A stretch of 64,000 nucleotides of DNA from Macrostomum hystrix (Eukaryota; Animalia; Platyhelminthes): contig CATNEN010000030.1 of assembly GCA_950097015.1 (NCBI GenBank), forward strand, positions 3,534,001 through 3,598,000, in the 5' to 3' direction. Below the pieces are notes generated by a model. The model made no database searches and had not been told where the DNA came from. It saw only the letters and a list, made by a program, of their open reading frames with translations. Shown in pieces: positions 36,591-48,982 of the stretch (position 1 is the first letter of the stretch; each line of letters starts with the position of its first letter). The position numbers and the translations under genes were made by a program.

Positions 36591-37392
36591 CAGGTAAGTG
36601 CATGGAGTTGTTGAATAAGACAATTTGGTGAATCGCACACCAGTAAGAATCTGGAAGAGGTAAAAGCAGTTGTACAGTCAGCCCCATCAAAATCATCAAT
36701 CAGCAACTCGGCTTTAGGACATAGAAACTTACTTTTTAGTATCCAAGATGTCTGGGGTATATAATTAACGTATACCGCTGGGCCAATTTAGTGTTTATAA
36801 TAGATAACTTATACACAGTGAGGTTATATTTAGGCAGTTTATTTGTATTAGCTAAAATCCCAAACTATTAATAAAGGGATCTATTATTTAGAGCCAAAGT
36901 GTTATTTCCCAATGCAGAGGAAGAAAATTCCCCACATACACAGCGGGATTTCGTAGATAAGGAGATAAAAAAATTCACCAGGCCAAATGGAATAGGATTC
37001 TGGCGAAAATATGGGAATTGGAATCTGGATTGGGACTGAAGAAAATGTTTTAGCTTCCAACGCAGGGCCCGTGTGTGTCGCGCTGGTGGGAAACACACAA
37101 GGAGAGGGACCTATGCGGGGTCAAAGGGGCGAAAACATTCCAAAAGACGGGGGTGGACATATAGGTCAAGCAGATCCCGGGCAGAGATGAGAAAGAATGA
37201 AACGAAGAAAATATGTGGAACAAAAGGCGAAGCGGAATTTTGAAATCCGAATGCGAAAATAGAGCTGACGAACACGCGAGCGCAATGCCAGCACAGCCTC
37301 TTGATAGAGTCCGAAAGAACCAGACCACGTGTGCGCAAGCGAACCTTCAACAATTTCATTCTTCCATAATGCTATGGCAATCTCGGCTGATA

Positions 37393-38522
37393 TAGAGAGG
37401 AAGAGAAGGAGAAGATGAGAGGTAAGAGGAAGAGAGGGAGAGGAAGAGGGAGAGAGGAAGAAAGGGAGAGGTGGAGAGGAAGAGGCAGAGAGGGAGAAAG
37501 AAAGAGTAAGAGAGAAGGAGAGGAAGAGAGGATGAGAAAGAGAGAGAGGAAGAGAGGGGGGAGGAAGAGAAGGAGAGGATGAGAGGAAGAGAAGGAGAGG
37601 ATGAGAGGAAGAGAAAGAGAGGAAGAGGAAGAGAGAAGAAGGGAGGGAGAGGAAGAGAGTAACAGGACGAGAGGAAAAGGAAGAGAGGAAAAGGAAGAGA
37701 GAGATGAAGAGAGGGATAGGAAGAGGAAGAGAGGAAGAGAGGGGGAGAGGAAGAGAGGGAGAAGAAGGGAGGGAGAGGAAGAGAGGAACAGGACGAGAGG
37801 AAAAGGAATAGAGAGATGAAGAGAGGGAGAGGAAGAGAGGGAGAGGAAGAGAGAAGAAGGGAGGGAGAGGAAAAGAGGAACAGGACGAGAGGAACAGGAA
37901 GAGAGGAAAAGGAAGAGAGAGATGAAGAGAGGGAGAGGAAGAGAGGGAGAGGAAGAGAGAAGAAGGGAGGGAGAGGAAAAGAGGAACAGGACGAGAGGAA
38001 CAGGAAGAGAGGAAAAGGAAGAGAGAGATGAAGAGAGGGAGAGGAAGAGGAAGAGAGGAAGAGAGAGGGAGAGGAAGAGAGGGAGATGAAGAGAGGGAGA
38101 TGAAGAGAGGAAGAGGAAGAGAGAAGAAGGGAGGGAGAGGAAGAGAGGAACAGGACGAGAGGAACAGGAAGAGAGGAAAAGGAAGAGAGAGATGAAGAGA
38201 GGGAGAGGAAGAGGAAGAGAGGAAGAGAGAGGGAGAGGAAGAGAGGGAGATGAAGAGAGGGAGAGGAAGAGAGGGAGAGGAAGAGGAAGAGAGGGAGAGG
38301 AAGAGGAAGAGAGGGAGAGGAAGAGGAAGAGAGGGAGAGGAAGAGAGGGAGAGGAAGAAAGGGAGAGGAAGAGAGGGAGAGGGAGAGAGGGAGAGAGGAA
38401 GAGTAAGAGAGAAGGAGAGGAAGAGAGAGGAAGAGGAAGAGAGGGAGAGGGAGAGGAAGAGAGGGAGAGGAAGAGAGGGAGAGGGAGAGAGGGAGAGGAC
38501 GAGAGGGAGAGGAAGAGAGAAG
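37393..38522. repeat. GA-rich low-complexity tract with recurring AACAGGACGAGAGG blocks
   Basis: Direct reading. Confidence 0.92.
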
Positions 38523-39194
38523 CAAGCTGTGCGGGAAGGGATATAAGTGATATAGGTCTGTATAAGTTGGAACTAATAGCTTACAGGAATAAATAGTTCA
38601 TTTGTGAATCTAAATGCCGATTTATTGGCATTTGGTCCAGTACCCAGGGACTAACAGAAATCTTATAAAAGAAGAATTTTTATACACTAGGGCTAGGCCA
38701 AAGCCACCAGTTTGTTGATCAGCGAGGCTATATACATAAGCAGTGTTTGGGAATTTATTCTGGTATAGTATCAGGTTACGCTGCAGAAATTTAGGAAAAT
38801 CTGCTACATTCCCTGCAGCAGCCGCAGGAAGTACGCCAGAGGCTGATTAGACAGCAAAAGCAACAAACTAGAAATTCTCACGAAGGCTTCATTCGCATTT
38901 TGAGGGCAATCATCTAACCAGCGTGTCCGCTCATTAGAGGCACGCTTCTCAGCCACAGAAACACACAGAGACAGAGAATGATATAGGCGAAGCTCACAAA
39001 GTCTAAGTTGGTTTTGGACTGAATTCAGCTGTGCCTTTAGACTCTGATTGGCGCACAGTAGGAAATATGCCAAGCTTATCAACTCACTGATTTGGGAACC
39101 TCAAATGAAGTGGATTTCTTCTTAAAGCTACTGAACTTTTTTTGTTAAAAAAGCACTGATCCTCTCATTGGAAGATAATTTTAGTGAGTGAGTG

Positions 39195-39710
39195 AGAAAA
39201 GGGAGAGATGAAGGGAGAGTGAGATATGGAGAGACGAAGGGAGAGTGAGATATGGAGAGATGAAGGTAGGGTGAGATAGGAGAGATGAAGGTAGGGTGAG
39301 ATAGGAGAGATGAAGGGAGAGTGAGATAGGGAGAGATGAAGGAGAGTGAGATAGGGAGAGATGAAGGGAGAGTGAGATAGGGAAAGATGAAGGGAGAGAG
39401 ATGGGGGAGATATAGGGAGATTGAGAAATGGAGAGATGAAGGTAGGGTGAGATATGGAGAGATGAAGGTAGGGTGAGATATGGAGAGATGAAGGGAGAGT
39501 GAGATATGGAGAGACGAAGGGAGAGTAAGATAGGGAGACATGAAGGAGAGTGAGATAGGTAGAGATGAAGGGAGGGTGAGTAGAGGAGAGAGAATGGAGA
39601 GTGAGATAGGGAGAGATGAAGGTAGAGTGAGATAGGGAGAGATGAAGGAAGAGAGGAATTGAGAGAGGAATGAGAAAGGACGAAGGGAGGTACAGGAATA
39701 AAGAGAGGAA
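39195..39710. repeat. ~26-bp purine-rich repeat GGAGAGATGAAGGGAGAGTGAGATAT
   Basis: Direct reading. Confidence 0.9.
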
Positions 39711-40332
39711 GGGTGAAATAAAAATGAAGGGTGAAAGTGAAACCCAGGGAGACAGGGCAGGCAAAGGACAGGAAGCAGAAGAAACTAATAGAGTTAATTC
39801 TGACTCGGCCTGTCAACCCGAATCCAGTTGACGCACATCTCACACAAATACAAGCTAGAAGAACGAACATCAACAAAATTCTCCGAGCTTAGAATTTCCT
39901 GATCTTTCAGCATCAGAATTCGAGTTGAGTTGGGTGGGTACAGGGTACAGCCAGCGGTACAGGGTAAGCCACTTCACCCGGACTAGCCCGGCACTGGGCC
40001 AAAGCTCAAAGAGATTTTCAAGACCGAAAAAACTAAAGAGAAAAAAGCCGCAAGAGGACCGGACGAGCAGCGAAAAAAAGGAACTCGGCGGAGGTGACCC
40101 ACCCCAGCCCTGTCAACAGAACCGGCGTGAGGCTGGGATTTTAAAATGGGATTAGCCTCTTGTTGACCTCGCGCGGAGGACAAGAAATTTTCCTCATGAG
40201 TTTGAGGACGTGTGCCTCTACCTCTACTAAGATAGTTGGAGAGGATATTAAATCTGGCAAATGAATTCCTACAATGGAAGCTATTGTACTGAGACTGTTA
40301 CAAGCGAAAAATGGGTCAAAGTTGTAGCTCAC

Positions 40333-40477
40333 CCAGCACGTCGTAGTCGTAGGAGCCGTTGCGACAGATCAGCCGCATCTTGAAGTATGACGTCAGCACC
40401 CGGGCGGAGGGAATGTTGTGGAACGGCAGGCCCGGCTCGTTTAGGCAGACTCGGCCGAGGCGGGTGAACAGAGGCAG
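40333..40477 (-). CDS. Semaphorin exon, Sema domain core
   Basis: cgcag|CTG; LPLFTRLGRVCLNEPG...LTSYFKMRLICRNG matches the semaphorin SRVARVCKND.GG...W.TF.KARL.CS motif. Donor G|gtgagc, phase 1. Confidence 0.9.
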
Positions 40478-40584
40478 CTGCGCGGGACGCGAGGGTGAGA
40501 CGATATGTGTGGAAAAATGCATTGAATGCTAGGTTGGAGCCAGAAAACAACGAGATAGAAGACAGATAGGGAGTTGGTCATGCA

Positions 40585-40850
40585 CAAGACGATGAAAGTT
40601 GGTCATTTAAAAGGGCTAGTAGGAGTCGGTCATGGAAAAGGGCTACTAGGAGTTGGTCATGGAAAAGGGCTACTAGGAGTTGGTCATGGAAAAGGGCTAC
40701 TAGGAGTTGGTCATGGAAAAGGGCTACTAGGAGTTGGTCATGGAAAAGGGCTACTAGGAGTTGGTCATGGAAAAGGGCTACTAGGAGTTGGTCATGGAAA
40801 AGGGCTACTAGGAGTTGGTCATGGAAAAGGGCTAGTAGCAGTTGGTCAAA
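40585..40850. repeat. 27-bp repeat GGTCATGGAAAAGGGCTACTAGGAGTT
   Basis: Fills most of the 413-bp semaphorin intron. Confidence 0.96.
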
Positions 40851-40890
40851 AATAAGTCAGAGGGGTGGTGTCAGTTTCCACCGTGGTCAC

Positions 40891-41548
40891 CTTGACAGCC
40901 TCTCCGTCGGGCGCAGCGTAGGCGTCCGGGCCGTTGACGCTGCCGCAATAGTTGTCCACCTCCAGCGCAGGCTCCGTGTAGATCGCGTACAGCCGGTTGC
41001 CAACGGAGCCGAGCGCCAGCGGGTTAGCCGCCTTGGCGATCCAGAGTTCCCGGCTGCGGCGCAAGTAGCCATCGGCGCTGATGCGGCCGACCCGGTCGTA
41101 GCCTGGCGCCAGCAGTTCAACCAGGTGCAGCGAGTCAGGGAAGCGGGGAAACTCGCTGATGAACAGGCGCGACAGGCCGCCGTCAGCGTCTGGCAGCGCC
41201 AAGGAGATTCGGCGTCTTTGACGTCGACTGGAGCCTCCGGCGCCTTCGACAACGCCGCCGAACCAGCCGGATGGCGGCTCCAGCCAGCTGGGCGACAGAA
41301 TGGCACTGATGGCCGGCAGGAGCGCTTCGCCTTGCGGTTGCCAAGTAACATCTTCACCGTTGCTAGGGACAACAAACTGGCGACAGATTGGCGGCGTAGA
41401 AGCCAAATGGCGGGCGCAGGCGAAGGCGCGCGTGCTATTGGCGAAGTACAGGTATTCCACTTGCAGACTGGGGCCGTCCGACTCTGGCCAAGTCAGGACT
41501 TGCCGGTAGGCGGACAGATTTAATGCCGGCACTTCCAGTATTGCATTG
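40891..41548 (-). CDS. Semaphorin exon, N-terminal part of the Sema domain
   Basis: ggtcag|C AAT ... GTC AAG|gtgacc; long GC-rich ORF ending LYAIYTEPALE...AVK, analogous to the semaphorin YFFFRE.A.E segment. Phase 0. Confidence 0.8.
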
Positions 41549-41689
41549 CTGACCGAATGAGAAAAGGGACAATTAAAATAATATTGGAATGGGATCTGTA
41601 GATTAATGTAGGCCTACCTCGTACTTATCCTTTGCTTCACCATTATCCCTATGTCTACAGGGGGGCTTGTACTTGTAATCTACTGATTT

Positions 41690-41795
41690 TGGGCTTCTTA
41701 CAGACAGGTCAGGAGTTCGAATCTCAACCCAAGGTAGCTAGACGATTTTTGTCCTCGGCAAGACACTTAATTCACTAGTGATTTTGGTTATCAAC
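41690..41795 (+). mobile_element. SINE family B fragment
   Basis: aggtcagGAGTTCGAATCtc followed by gtcctcggcaagacacttaa. Confidence 0.55.
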
Positions 41796-42241
41796 CAGAA
41801 AATAGAGGTTAGTGCTGGGACCTCCAAAGTCCATGGACTTAATAGCTGTACACAGCCTTTGGAGTAGCTGCAGCACTTACTGGCTGTACATCTAGCATAA
41901 CAGGACTAGCTACGTGAAATTCATATCTATATTATTATATCAGGATGAAATACATAACAAAAATATATAATTGAAAAGGAGCACCAATTTTATGTGTGCC
42001 AAATTTAATGTTTGTACTCACATGGCTCCAAGATAGAAGTGCTGATCAGTTTTGCCAACTAGGATCAGAGTCTGATTGCTAATTTTCAGTGTGTTAATCA
42101 TGGCACTGAGCTCTAAAATAATAGAATTATGTAATTTTTGTTAAGCCAAGCATACTGAATAAGTGCTAAATCATAATGTCAGATTTCTAAAACACTTACC
42201 ACCATAAGAAAAATACTGATAGCTTGTTACGGGATATTTAC

Positions 42242-42339
42242 CCATGGAAGGCTCTGCCAGGTAGCCAACCAAGACTAGCATTGCAATCAAGATGAGCATA
42301 GTCATCTTGTCTTGCAATCAAAGTCTTGATGGCACTCAG
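42242..42339 (-). CDS. Semaphorin, 5'-most confidently linked coding exon
   Basis: tttttacttcag|CTG ... CAT GG|gtaaat; LSAIKTLIARQDDYAHLDCNASLGWLPGRAFH. Phase 2 joins correctly to the next exon (GG+C = Gly). Confidence 0.6.
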
Positions 42340-43971
42340 CTGAAGTAAAAAGGTAGATGAAAACATGGTTAATAAAGAAATTGCATTTACAATTAAATGA
42401 AAAAGATTTGCACTTTTGTACAATTGTATGCAATGCTAGTATTTTCATCACAAAAAACAGCTGTTATATTTTTTAGCTCATATTTGTCTGTAGATAATAA
42501 CATATATACTTGTACCAGCTTTTTATTTATAATTATATAATTATATAATATAATTAGCCTCGAACTTGCTATCTTATAGGCCAAAAAGTAGGCAATTTTT
42601 TGCAGAATTGTCTATTTAACAGACTTAGCAGAGTAATAAGCCTTAGGTTGATTACACAGGTCATGAGCACAGTTAGGCCTACTAAAGGAACATAAAAAAG
42701 TAAAAAAATAGTTTTTTCAAGAAGTCACAGACTTCACTGTAAGTTTAATGGTTTTTTTAAAGACTGCTGGTTCACTAGATAAAAAAGTTAAAGCATACCC
42801 CATGCTTGTGGCTATCCTAGACCCCATTATATAGCCAGCTGCCAGCCCCTACAAAAAAAGAACATATACTAATTCAGTAGCAATTCGGTTTATTTAGTCT
42901 ATTTAGCTATTTCTAAAACCAATATAGCTTATTTAATAATACATGAATTATAGATTTGTAGGCCTAGGAAAGTATTCTGGCACAGACAAAATTATATCCA
43001 CTTACATCCTTTTTAAAGACTGCGATTTTAAGTTCCAGTTGTTAGTTCCAAGATTAGATTCTAAATAAATGTTCTACGTACGACAACTAAAACGCCTATC
43101 CCAATTACACAAGAACAGGTAAGCCTAACTAGAATTAAATTTAGAACAATACAATATTTTATACATAGGCCAACTGCTTGTAAAGGTAAAAACTAATAAA
43201 ACAATTCAAAACGCAAAAAATTGTGTAGACTGCAGTGACGATTAATTGATGCCCTTTCGTAGCACCAAAATATATATAATATTGTAATGCAGTCAGAAAG
43301 TTTAGTGTAATGCTATCCTTTATGCGTCCTACGAACACAGTGTAACAGCAACTCAACCTGCAGTCCAAATTGGACGAGGCCGTTTAACAACAACAACAGC
43401 AACTCAACTTACGATGATGTGCATATTTTTTACAAAGCATGAAGAGATGAATCAGACTTTAGAATTGGCTTCTTTAGAAACAAATGAATCCAAAATGTGA
43501 TTGTAATTTTAAGTTTAGGCAGAGTTTTTTCTTTTATTTGCTCAACTTTATTGGCAGGTATATTTCACCGCTTTAGTGTTTGTTCTGTTATTTTGTTTTA
43601 CCACTGAGATGCCGACAAACCATGCAGGCCTACAGACAAATAGTTAGCCATTTAGTTATGGCTATCTATTAATAATAATCGCAGTTTTTTGTTTGTTCTC
43701 GCGTGGGATTGCTTTTTTTTGACCTAGTAAGGTGGCTTTAATGGTATCGAACCTGAGCACGCCGCGTGCAAGGTGTCTCGCTATCATTGGGACTTCTATA
43801 TCGCATCCTTCCTTGCACCTGGATGCTCGTGCTGGTGACCGACCGGGTGCCTACTGTTCACCGAACTTTGGCGATTAAAAATACTGGTAATCGTTGGGCG
43901 GTCAGGGCTCTGCTTGGCACTTTATCTGTCTGCCATCATCGCCTGTTCGAATGGCACTCTATAGTTATCCA

Positions 43972-44394
43972 TCATGCACTTGCAATGGTCTTTGAGCTGA
44001 GCTTGCCGGTGCCGGTGATTATATTCTCACTAATGGGGGGAGAGTCAAATATTCTTGATGATTTAAACTTCCACAATGTCCAACCCGCCTCTTGTTGGTA
44101 TCCGGCTGATTGCTTGTTCTGGGCTGTACTTAGTGCAGGCTTTTGACGCTGGCAAGTATAGCGGTCTCCGCATGTCTGCAGTTCAACTCGTAGCAGATAC
44201 CTTATAGCACCGTGGTTGTGCTCATCCACGCAGTTCTCAATCTCTACCTTTCTTGCTTTCGCTTGCTTCTCGAAATGTCGCAATATACGCTTTATAATCT
44301 CGCCAAATCTGTCGATCCTGCGATGATTAGCCTGGTGAATCAAGCTGATTATGACTATGATGATTATGATGACGTACCGCATGCAGTGAGTCAT
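43972..44394 (-). CDS. Unassigned ORF with a signal-peptide-like N-terminus (small secreted protein, or semaphorin first exon)
   Basis: Non-repetitive 140-aa ORF starting M(THCM)RYVIIIIIVIISLIHQA. No homologue confidently recognised. Confidence 0.3.
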   Translation of the reverse strand: MTHCMRYVIIIIIVIISLIHQANHRRIDRFGEIIKRILRHFEKQAKARKVEIENCVDEHNHGAIRYLLRVELQTCGDRYTCQRQKPALSTAQNKQSAGYQQEAGWTLWKFKSSRIFDSPPISENIITGTGKLSSKTIASA

Positions 44395-44914
44395 TTAGTC
44401 AGTGCGTCAATGCTGCCTGCTAATTAATAATTTTCGCTAATCGTCTTTTGGTCATAGATCTTGACTGACGAGATGTTCAAACTATTAACAGAAGACAGCG
44501 CTAGTTTTCTGATCCCCATGGGGAAAGACCTCAGTGGTATTTCAATTACACACTGCCGAATTCACTTTAGCTCCAAATCGAATGACCCATTTTGGAGAAA
44601 CAGAAAAAATAAATGTGGGTGTTTGAAATACCCCATGGTCTTTCGCATGTTAAGTTATTTTCCGCGAAATATTTCGTACCAAAACTCTGCATTGCAATTC
44701 GATATTATTATTTCTGATTGCGTTCTTATAGACATACGAAAAAGTCGATTGAGTCAATAAACTGATAACAAGAGCGTCAAAAGTACAAAAAAAAGTTCTT
44801 TCTAAGCAAATATTTAAAAAATCCGATTCACCTTTCAGTAAATTTAAGCTAGGATTCTTTCGTTCAGTATATCTTATTAACACGTGAACTATCCTATCCA
44901 AATTTGCTGTCAGA

Positions 44915-46765
44915 CTTTAACAGGACTGTGTCCACTCTAACAGGACTGTGTCCTCTCTAACAGGACTTTGTCCTCTCTAACAGGACTGTGTCCACTCTAA
45001 CACTGTGTCCTCTCTAACAGGACTGTGTCCTCTCTAACAGGACTGTGTCCTCTCTAACAGGACTGTGTCCTCTCTAACAGGACTTTGTCCTCTCTAACAC
45101 CGTGTCCTCTCTAACACTGGGTCCTCTCTAACACTGTGTCCTCTCTAACACTGGGTCCTCTCTAACACTGTGTCCTCTCTAACAGGACTGTGTCCACTCT
45201 AACAGGACAGGACTGTGTCCTCTCTAACAGGACTGTGTCCTCTCTAACGGACTGTGTCCACTCTAACAGGACTGTGTCCTCTCTAACAGGACTGTGTCCT
45301 CTCTAATGAGACCGTGTCCTCTCTAACACTGTGTCCTCTCTAACAGGACTGTGTCCTCTCTAACAGGACTGTGTCGACTCTAACAGGACTGTGTCCTGTC
45401 TAACAGGACTGTGTCCTGTCTAACAGGACTGTGTCGACTCTAACAGGACTGTGTCCTCTCTAACAGGACTGTGTCCTCTCTAACAGAACTGTGTCCTCTC
45501 TAACAGGACTTTGTCCTCTCTAACAGGACTGTGTCCACTCTAACACTGTGTCCTCTATAACAGGACTGTGTCCTCTCTAACAGGACTGTGTCCTCTCTAA
45601 CAGGACTGTGTCCTCTCTAACAGGACTGTGTCCTCTCTAACGAGACCGTGTCCTCTCTAACACTGGGTCCTCTCTAACACTGGGTCCTCTCTAACACTGG
45701 GTCCTCTCTAACACTGGGTCCTCTCTAACACTGGGTCCTCTCTAACACTGTGTCCTCTCTAACACTGGGTCCTCTCTAACACTGTGTCCTCTCTAACAGG
45801 ACTGTGTCCACTCTAACAGGACAGGACTGTGTCCTCTCTAACAGGACTGTGTCCTCTCTAACGGACTGTGTCCACTCTAACAGGACTGTGTCCTCTCTAA
45901 CAGGACTGTGTCCTCTCTAATGAGACCGTGTCCTCTCTAACACTGTGTCCTCTCTAACAGGACTGTGTCCTCTCTAACAGGACTGTGTCGACTCTAACAG
46001 GACTGTGTCCTGTCTAACAGGACTGTGTCCTGTCTAACAGGACTGTGTCGACTCTAACAGGACTGTGTCCTCTCTAACAGGACTGTGTCCTCTCTAACAG
46101 AACTGTGTCCTCTCTAACAGGACTTTGTCCTCTCTAACAGGACTGTGTCCACTCTAACACTGTGTCCTCTATAACAGGACTGTGTCCTCTCTAACAGGAC
46201 TGTGTCCTCTCTAACAGGACTGTGTCCTCTCTAACAGGACTGTGTCCTCTCTAACGAGACCGTGTCCTCTCTAACACTGGGTCCTCTCTAACACTGGGTC
46301 CTCTCTAACACTGGGTCCTCTCTAACACTGGGTCCTCTCTAACACTGGGTCCTCTCTAACACTGGGTCCTCTCTAACACTGGGTCCTCTCTAACACTGGG
46401 TCCTCTCTAACACTGGGTCCTCTCTAACACTGTGTCCTCTCTAACAGGACTGTGTCCTCTCTAACAGGACTGTGTCCTCTCTAACAGGACTGTGTCCTCT
46501 CTAACAGGACTGTTTCCACTCTAACAGGACTGTGTCCTCTCTAACAGGACTGTGTCCTCTCTAACAGGACTGTGTCCTCTCTAACAGGACTGTGTCCTCT
46601 CTAACAGAACTGTGTCCTCTCTAACAGGACTGTGTCGACTCTAACAGGACTGTGTCGACTCTAACAGGACTGTATCGACTCTAACAGGACTGTGTCGACT
46701 CTAACAGGACTGTGTCGACTCTAACAGGACTGTGTCGACTCTAACAGGACTGTGTCCACTCTAAC
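44915..46765. repeat. 20-bp repeat CTCTAACAGGACTGTGTCCT with a 17-bp variant CTCTAACACTGGGTCCT
   Basis: Direct reading; internal ~614-bp duplication (ctctaatgagacc at 45301 and 45915). Confidence 0.96.
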
Positions 46766-46766
46766 G

Positions 46767-47085
46767 AATTAGCATTGCGTCTCAGTGCGGCCTCCTTGCC
46801 AGGCCTTCAAAATTTATCGGCATGTCACACGAATCTGCCTGCATAATCTCTGTCTTCGGTGGTCACCTACCATTATCTAGACAGATTTGCTGGACCTTCA
46901 ATGGCGGCAACAGGTGGAAATAGGCCACTATGGACACCCTGACGCGAATTTCTCCAATTTCACTGATAAAGCCTAAATATTAGACGGAGCTTGATCACAG
47001 GACACCATCGACTGGACTGTCAACCAATCAGGGGGGATTCCTCCCCTTGGTATAAAAACGGGCGGCAAAATGGCTTGGTACTCCT
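46767..47085 (+). mobile_element. Dispersed repeat C, copy 2
   Basis: gaattagc...ctcagtgcggcctccttgccagg...ccaatcag...ggtataaaaac, shared with 26650-27035. Confidence 0.75.
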
Positions 47086-47543
47086 TAAACATACAAGACT
47101 GATGTTAGTGCATCGATGAAAGCAAAATAATTGAAGAAGATGCGTATCAATTGAAGTTACTCGCTCAACATTATTGGACATGTATCGGACGCTAGTCATA
47201 GTTAAGCTCACATTTATTATTCACATTTAATGAGGCTTAGTGTTGGCAAGTAGACACACTACTACATAACCGTAGAATAAATTTTAGATAAATTTTGAAC
47301 TGGTAAACATGCATCAGGAATATCGCGCATTAACTACCCAATTAGACTATTTTTTCAACAAATCTAGCAATCGAAATTCTGTATTCATCCATCATCAAAA
47401 GCTGAATGCGCAAAATATAAATGAATATCCCGATAGTAGTACCGATAGTAGTATGCATTGAAATATTTGTGACATAAAGATATTTATACTGACACGCTGC
47501 TGGCCATAGACAGTGTGCGGCGGTGTTCAGCCATGCGAGAAAA

Positions 47544-48647
47544 TCAGGTCAGTGGCGCCATTTTACCGGTGGCAGCGGCGGCAGCAAACACCTGCGCCAG
47601 AGCGAGCGCTTCCGCCATGGAGGCCGGCGATGACAACGCGGAGGATGTTGGCACGGTGAGAGCAGCGATGCCCACAGTCGAGCAGGGCATTGCCGGCGCG
47701 GGCTGCGCAGTCAGACACGGCTTACCGAAGCAGCGCAGCCTTACGTTCTGCTGCGCCAGCAGGTCGTTGCTAGCCAGCAGCTGAGCGCACTGCAGCCGCA
47801 GCTCGTCGGCTCGACGGCGAAGCAGGCAGTTCTCCTCCACAAGGAAGCGTGGCTCGCACGGTCCGCCTCCGCCCCCGGCAGCTGCAGCGGCTGCTGCGGC
47901 TGCGGCGACTGCGGAATTGGCTGACGAGGACGAGGCCGCCACGATGGCCCAAAGAGCGGACGGGTCGACAACGAAAGCGGTGGCAGACGCTGGCGAAGGA
48001 GCCGTCGGAGTCGGCAGGTGATGAAGGTGAGGTGGAGGAGGAGGCGGTGGCGGAGGTGAGAAGGCGGCTGCGAGAGCTGCGGTAGCTGCCACAGCCGCAG
48101 CTGCCTGCTCAAAATCAGATTCGATCTTTCGACGTTTAGCGAGCTCGTAAAACTGCTGTTGCTGCTGCTGCTGTTGCTGCTGCTGAAAGTCGCCGCAGTC
48201 GCCGATAGCAGCGGCGAATAGCTCCGCGGGGGTCACGTGACGGAAGCGACACTTCGCTGCCCGCTTGCAGTCGCCCTTCAGGTGGTCCTTGCACACGGGC
48301 GGCTGGTCGCCAGTGGACAGCAGGCAGCGGAGCCGGGCTGGCACCTCGCCGGTGGACCGGTAGGCCGCCTCCTCCTCCCGGCTGCAGTGGGCGAAGCGGC
48401 AGTTGGGCCGCGGGCAGCCGGCGTTCTGGTAGTCGTGGCAGAAGACGATCTCGGCTCTGGCCAGCCGGGCGCATTCGCTGGCCTCCGGGTGCCGGTAGCG
48501 ACAGCGTCGGCCGCGGCGGCACACGTGACGCAGGTAGTCGCGGCAGACGGCGTCAACGGAGGCTCGCCCGGTTGCGCCGCCGCTGCCGCTTCCGCCGCCG
48601 ATGCCACTATCGTCAGCGGCTGCAGCTGTGCCGTCTGAGCTGGTCAT
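47544..48647 (-). CDS. ZC3H10: Zinc finger CCCH domain-containing protein 10, single coding exon, 367 aa
   Basis: Three CCCH fingers (CRDYLRHVCRRGRRCRYRH, CHDYQNAGCPRPNCRFAH, CKDHLKGDCKRAAKCRFRH), AYRSTGEVPARL, a KRRK NLS-like motif and coiled coil LVEENCLLRRRADEL...LLASNDLL. All match the ZC3H10 architecture as recalled. Confidence 0.93.
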   Translation of the reverse strand: MTSSDGTAAAADDSGIGGGSGSGGATGRASVDAVCRDYLRHVCRRGRRCRYRHPEASECARLARAEIVFCHDYQNAGCPRPNCRFAHCSREEEAAYRSTGEVPARLRCLLSTGDQPPVCKDHLKGDCKRAAKCRFRHVTPAELFAAAIGDCGDFQQQQQQQQQQQFYELAKRRKIESDFEQAAAAVAATAALAAAFSPPPPPPPPPHLHHLPTPTAPSPASATAFVVDPSALWAIVAASSSSANSAVAAAAAAAAAAGGGGGPCEPRFLVEENCLLRRRADELRLQCAQLLASNDLLAQQNVRLRCFGKPCLTAQPAPAMPCSTVGIAALTVPTSSALSSPASMAEALALAQVFAAAAATGKMAPLT

Positions 48648-48982
48648 TTCGGCTGCATTTTAATAAGAGCTTGTTAATAATTGAATCTCAAAAAATTCAG
48701 TTATGGTTTCCGAACATTTGAAGCAGGAAGCATATAGGTGACAACGCCCGGCCTCATACAGCCAAAATGACTCAGGAGTCTGTGGAGATGCCAGATCCTG
48801 GTGCATGAGATTCTCCCTCGAAGGAATTAGTGTGTTCAACTATGTTAAGAAGAGGAGGACAACCCCATTCATTATGATGAGAAGCTGTTTCGCTTAGTGC
48901 GTAAAGCTATGGTCGGGATCCTTTTAACTTCTTTGTTATAAATTTTACTGAATTTCAGCGACAAACTATTAAATTTACTAGA

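Noticed and set aside
4525-42339. Consistent purine/G skew of arrays on the transcribed strand
   Set aside because: It holds for several INPP1 arrays but not for the 12-bp array, and semaphorin intron arrays are mixed in orientation.
43340-43420. LLLLLLNGLVQFGLQ stretch as semaphorin signal-peptide exon
   Set aside because: An in-frame TAA lies just upstream, with no ATG or acceptor to open the frame.
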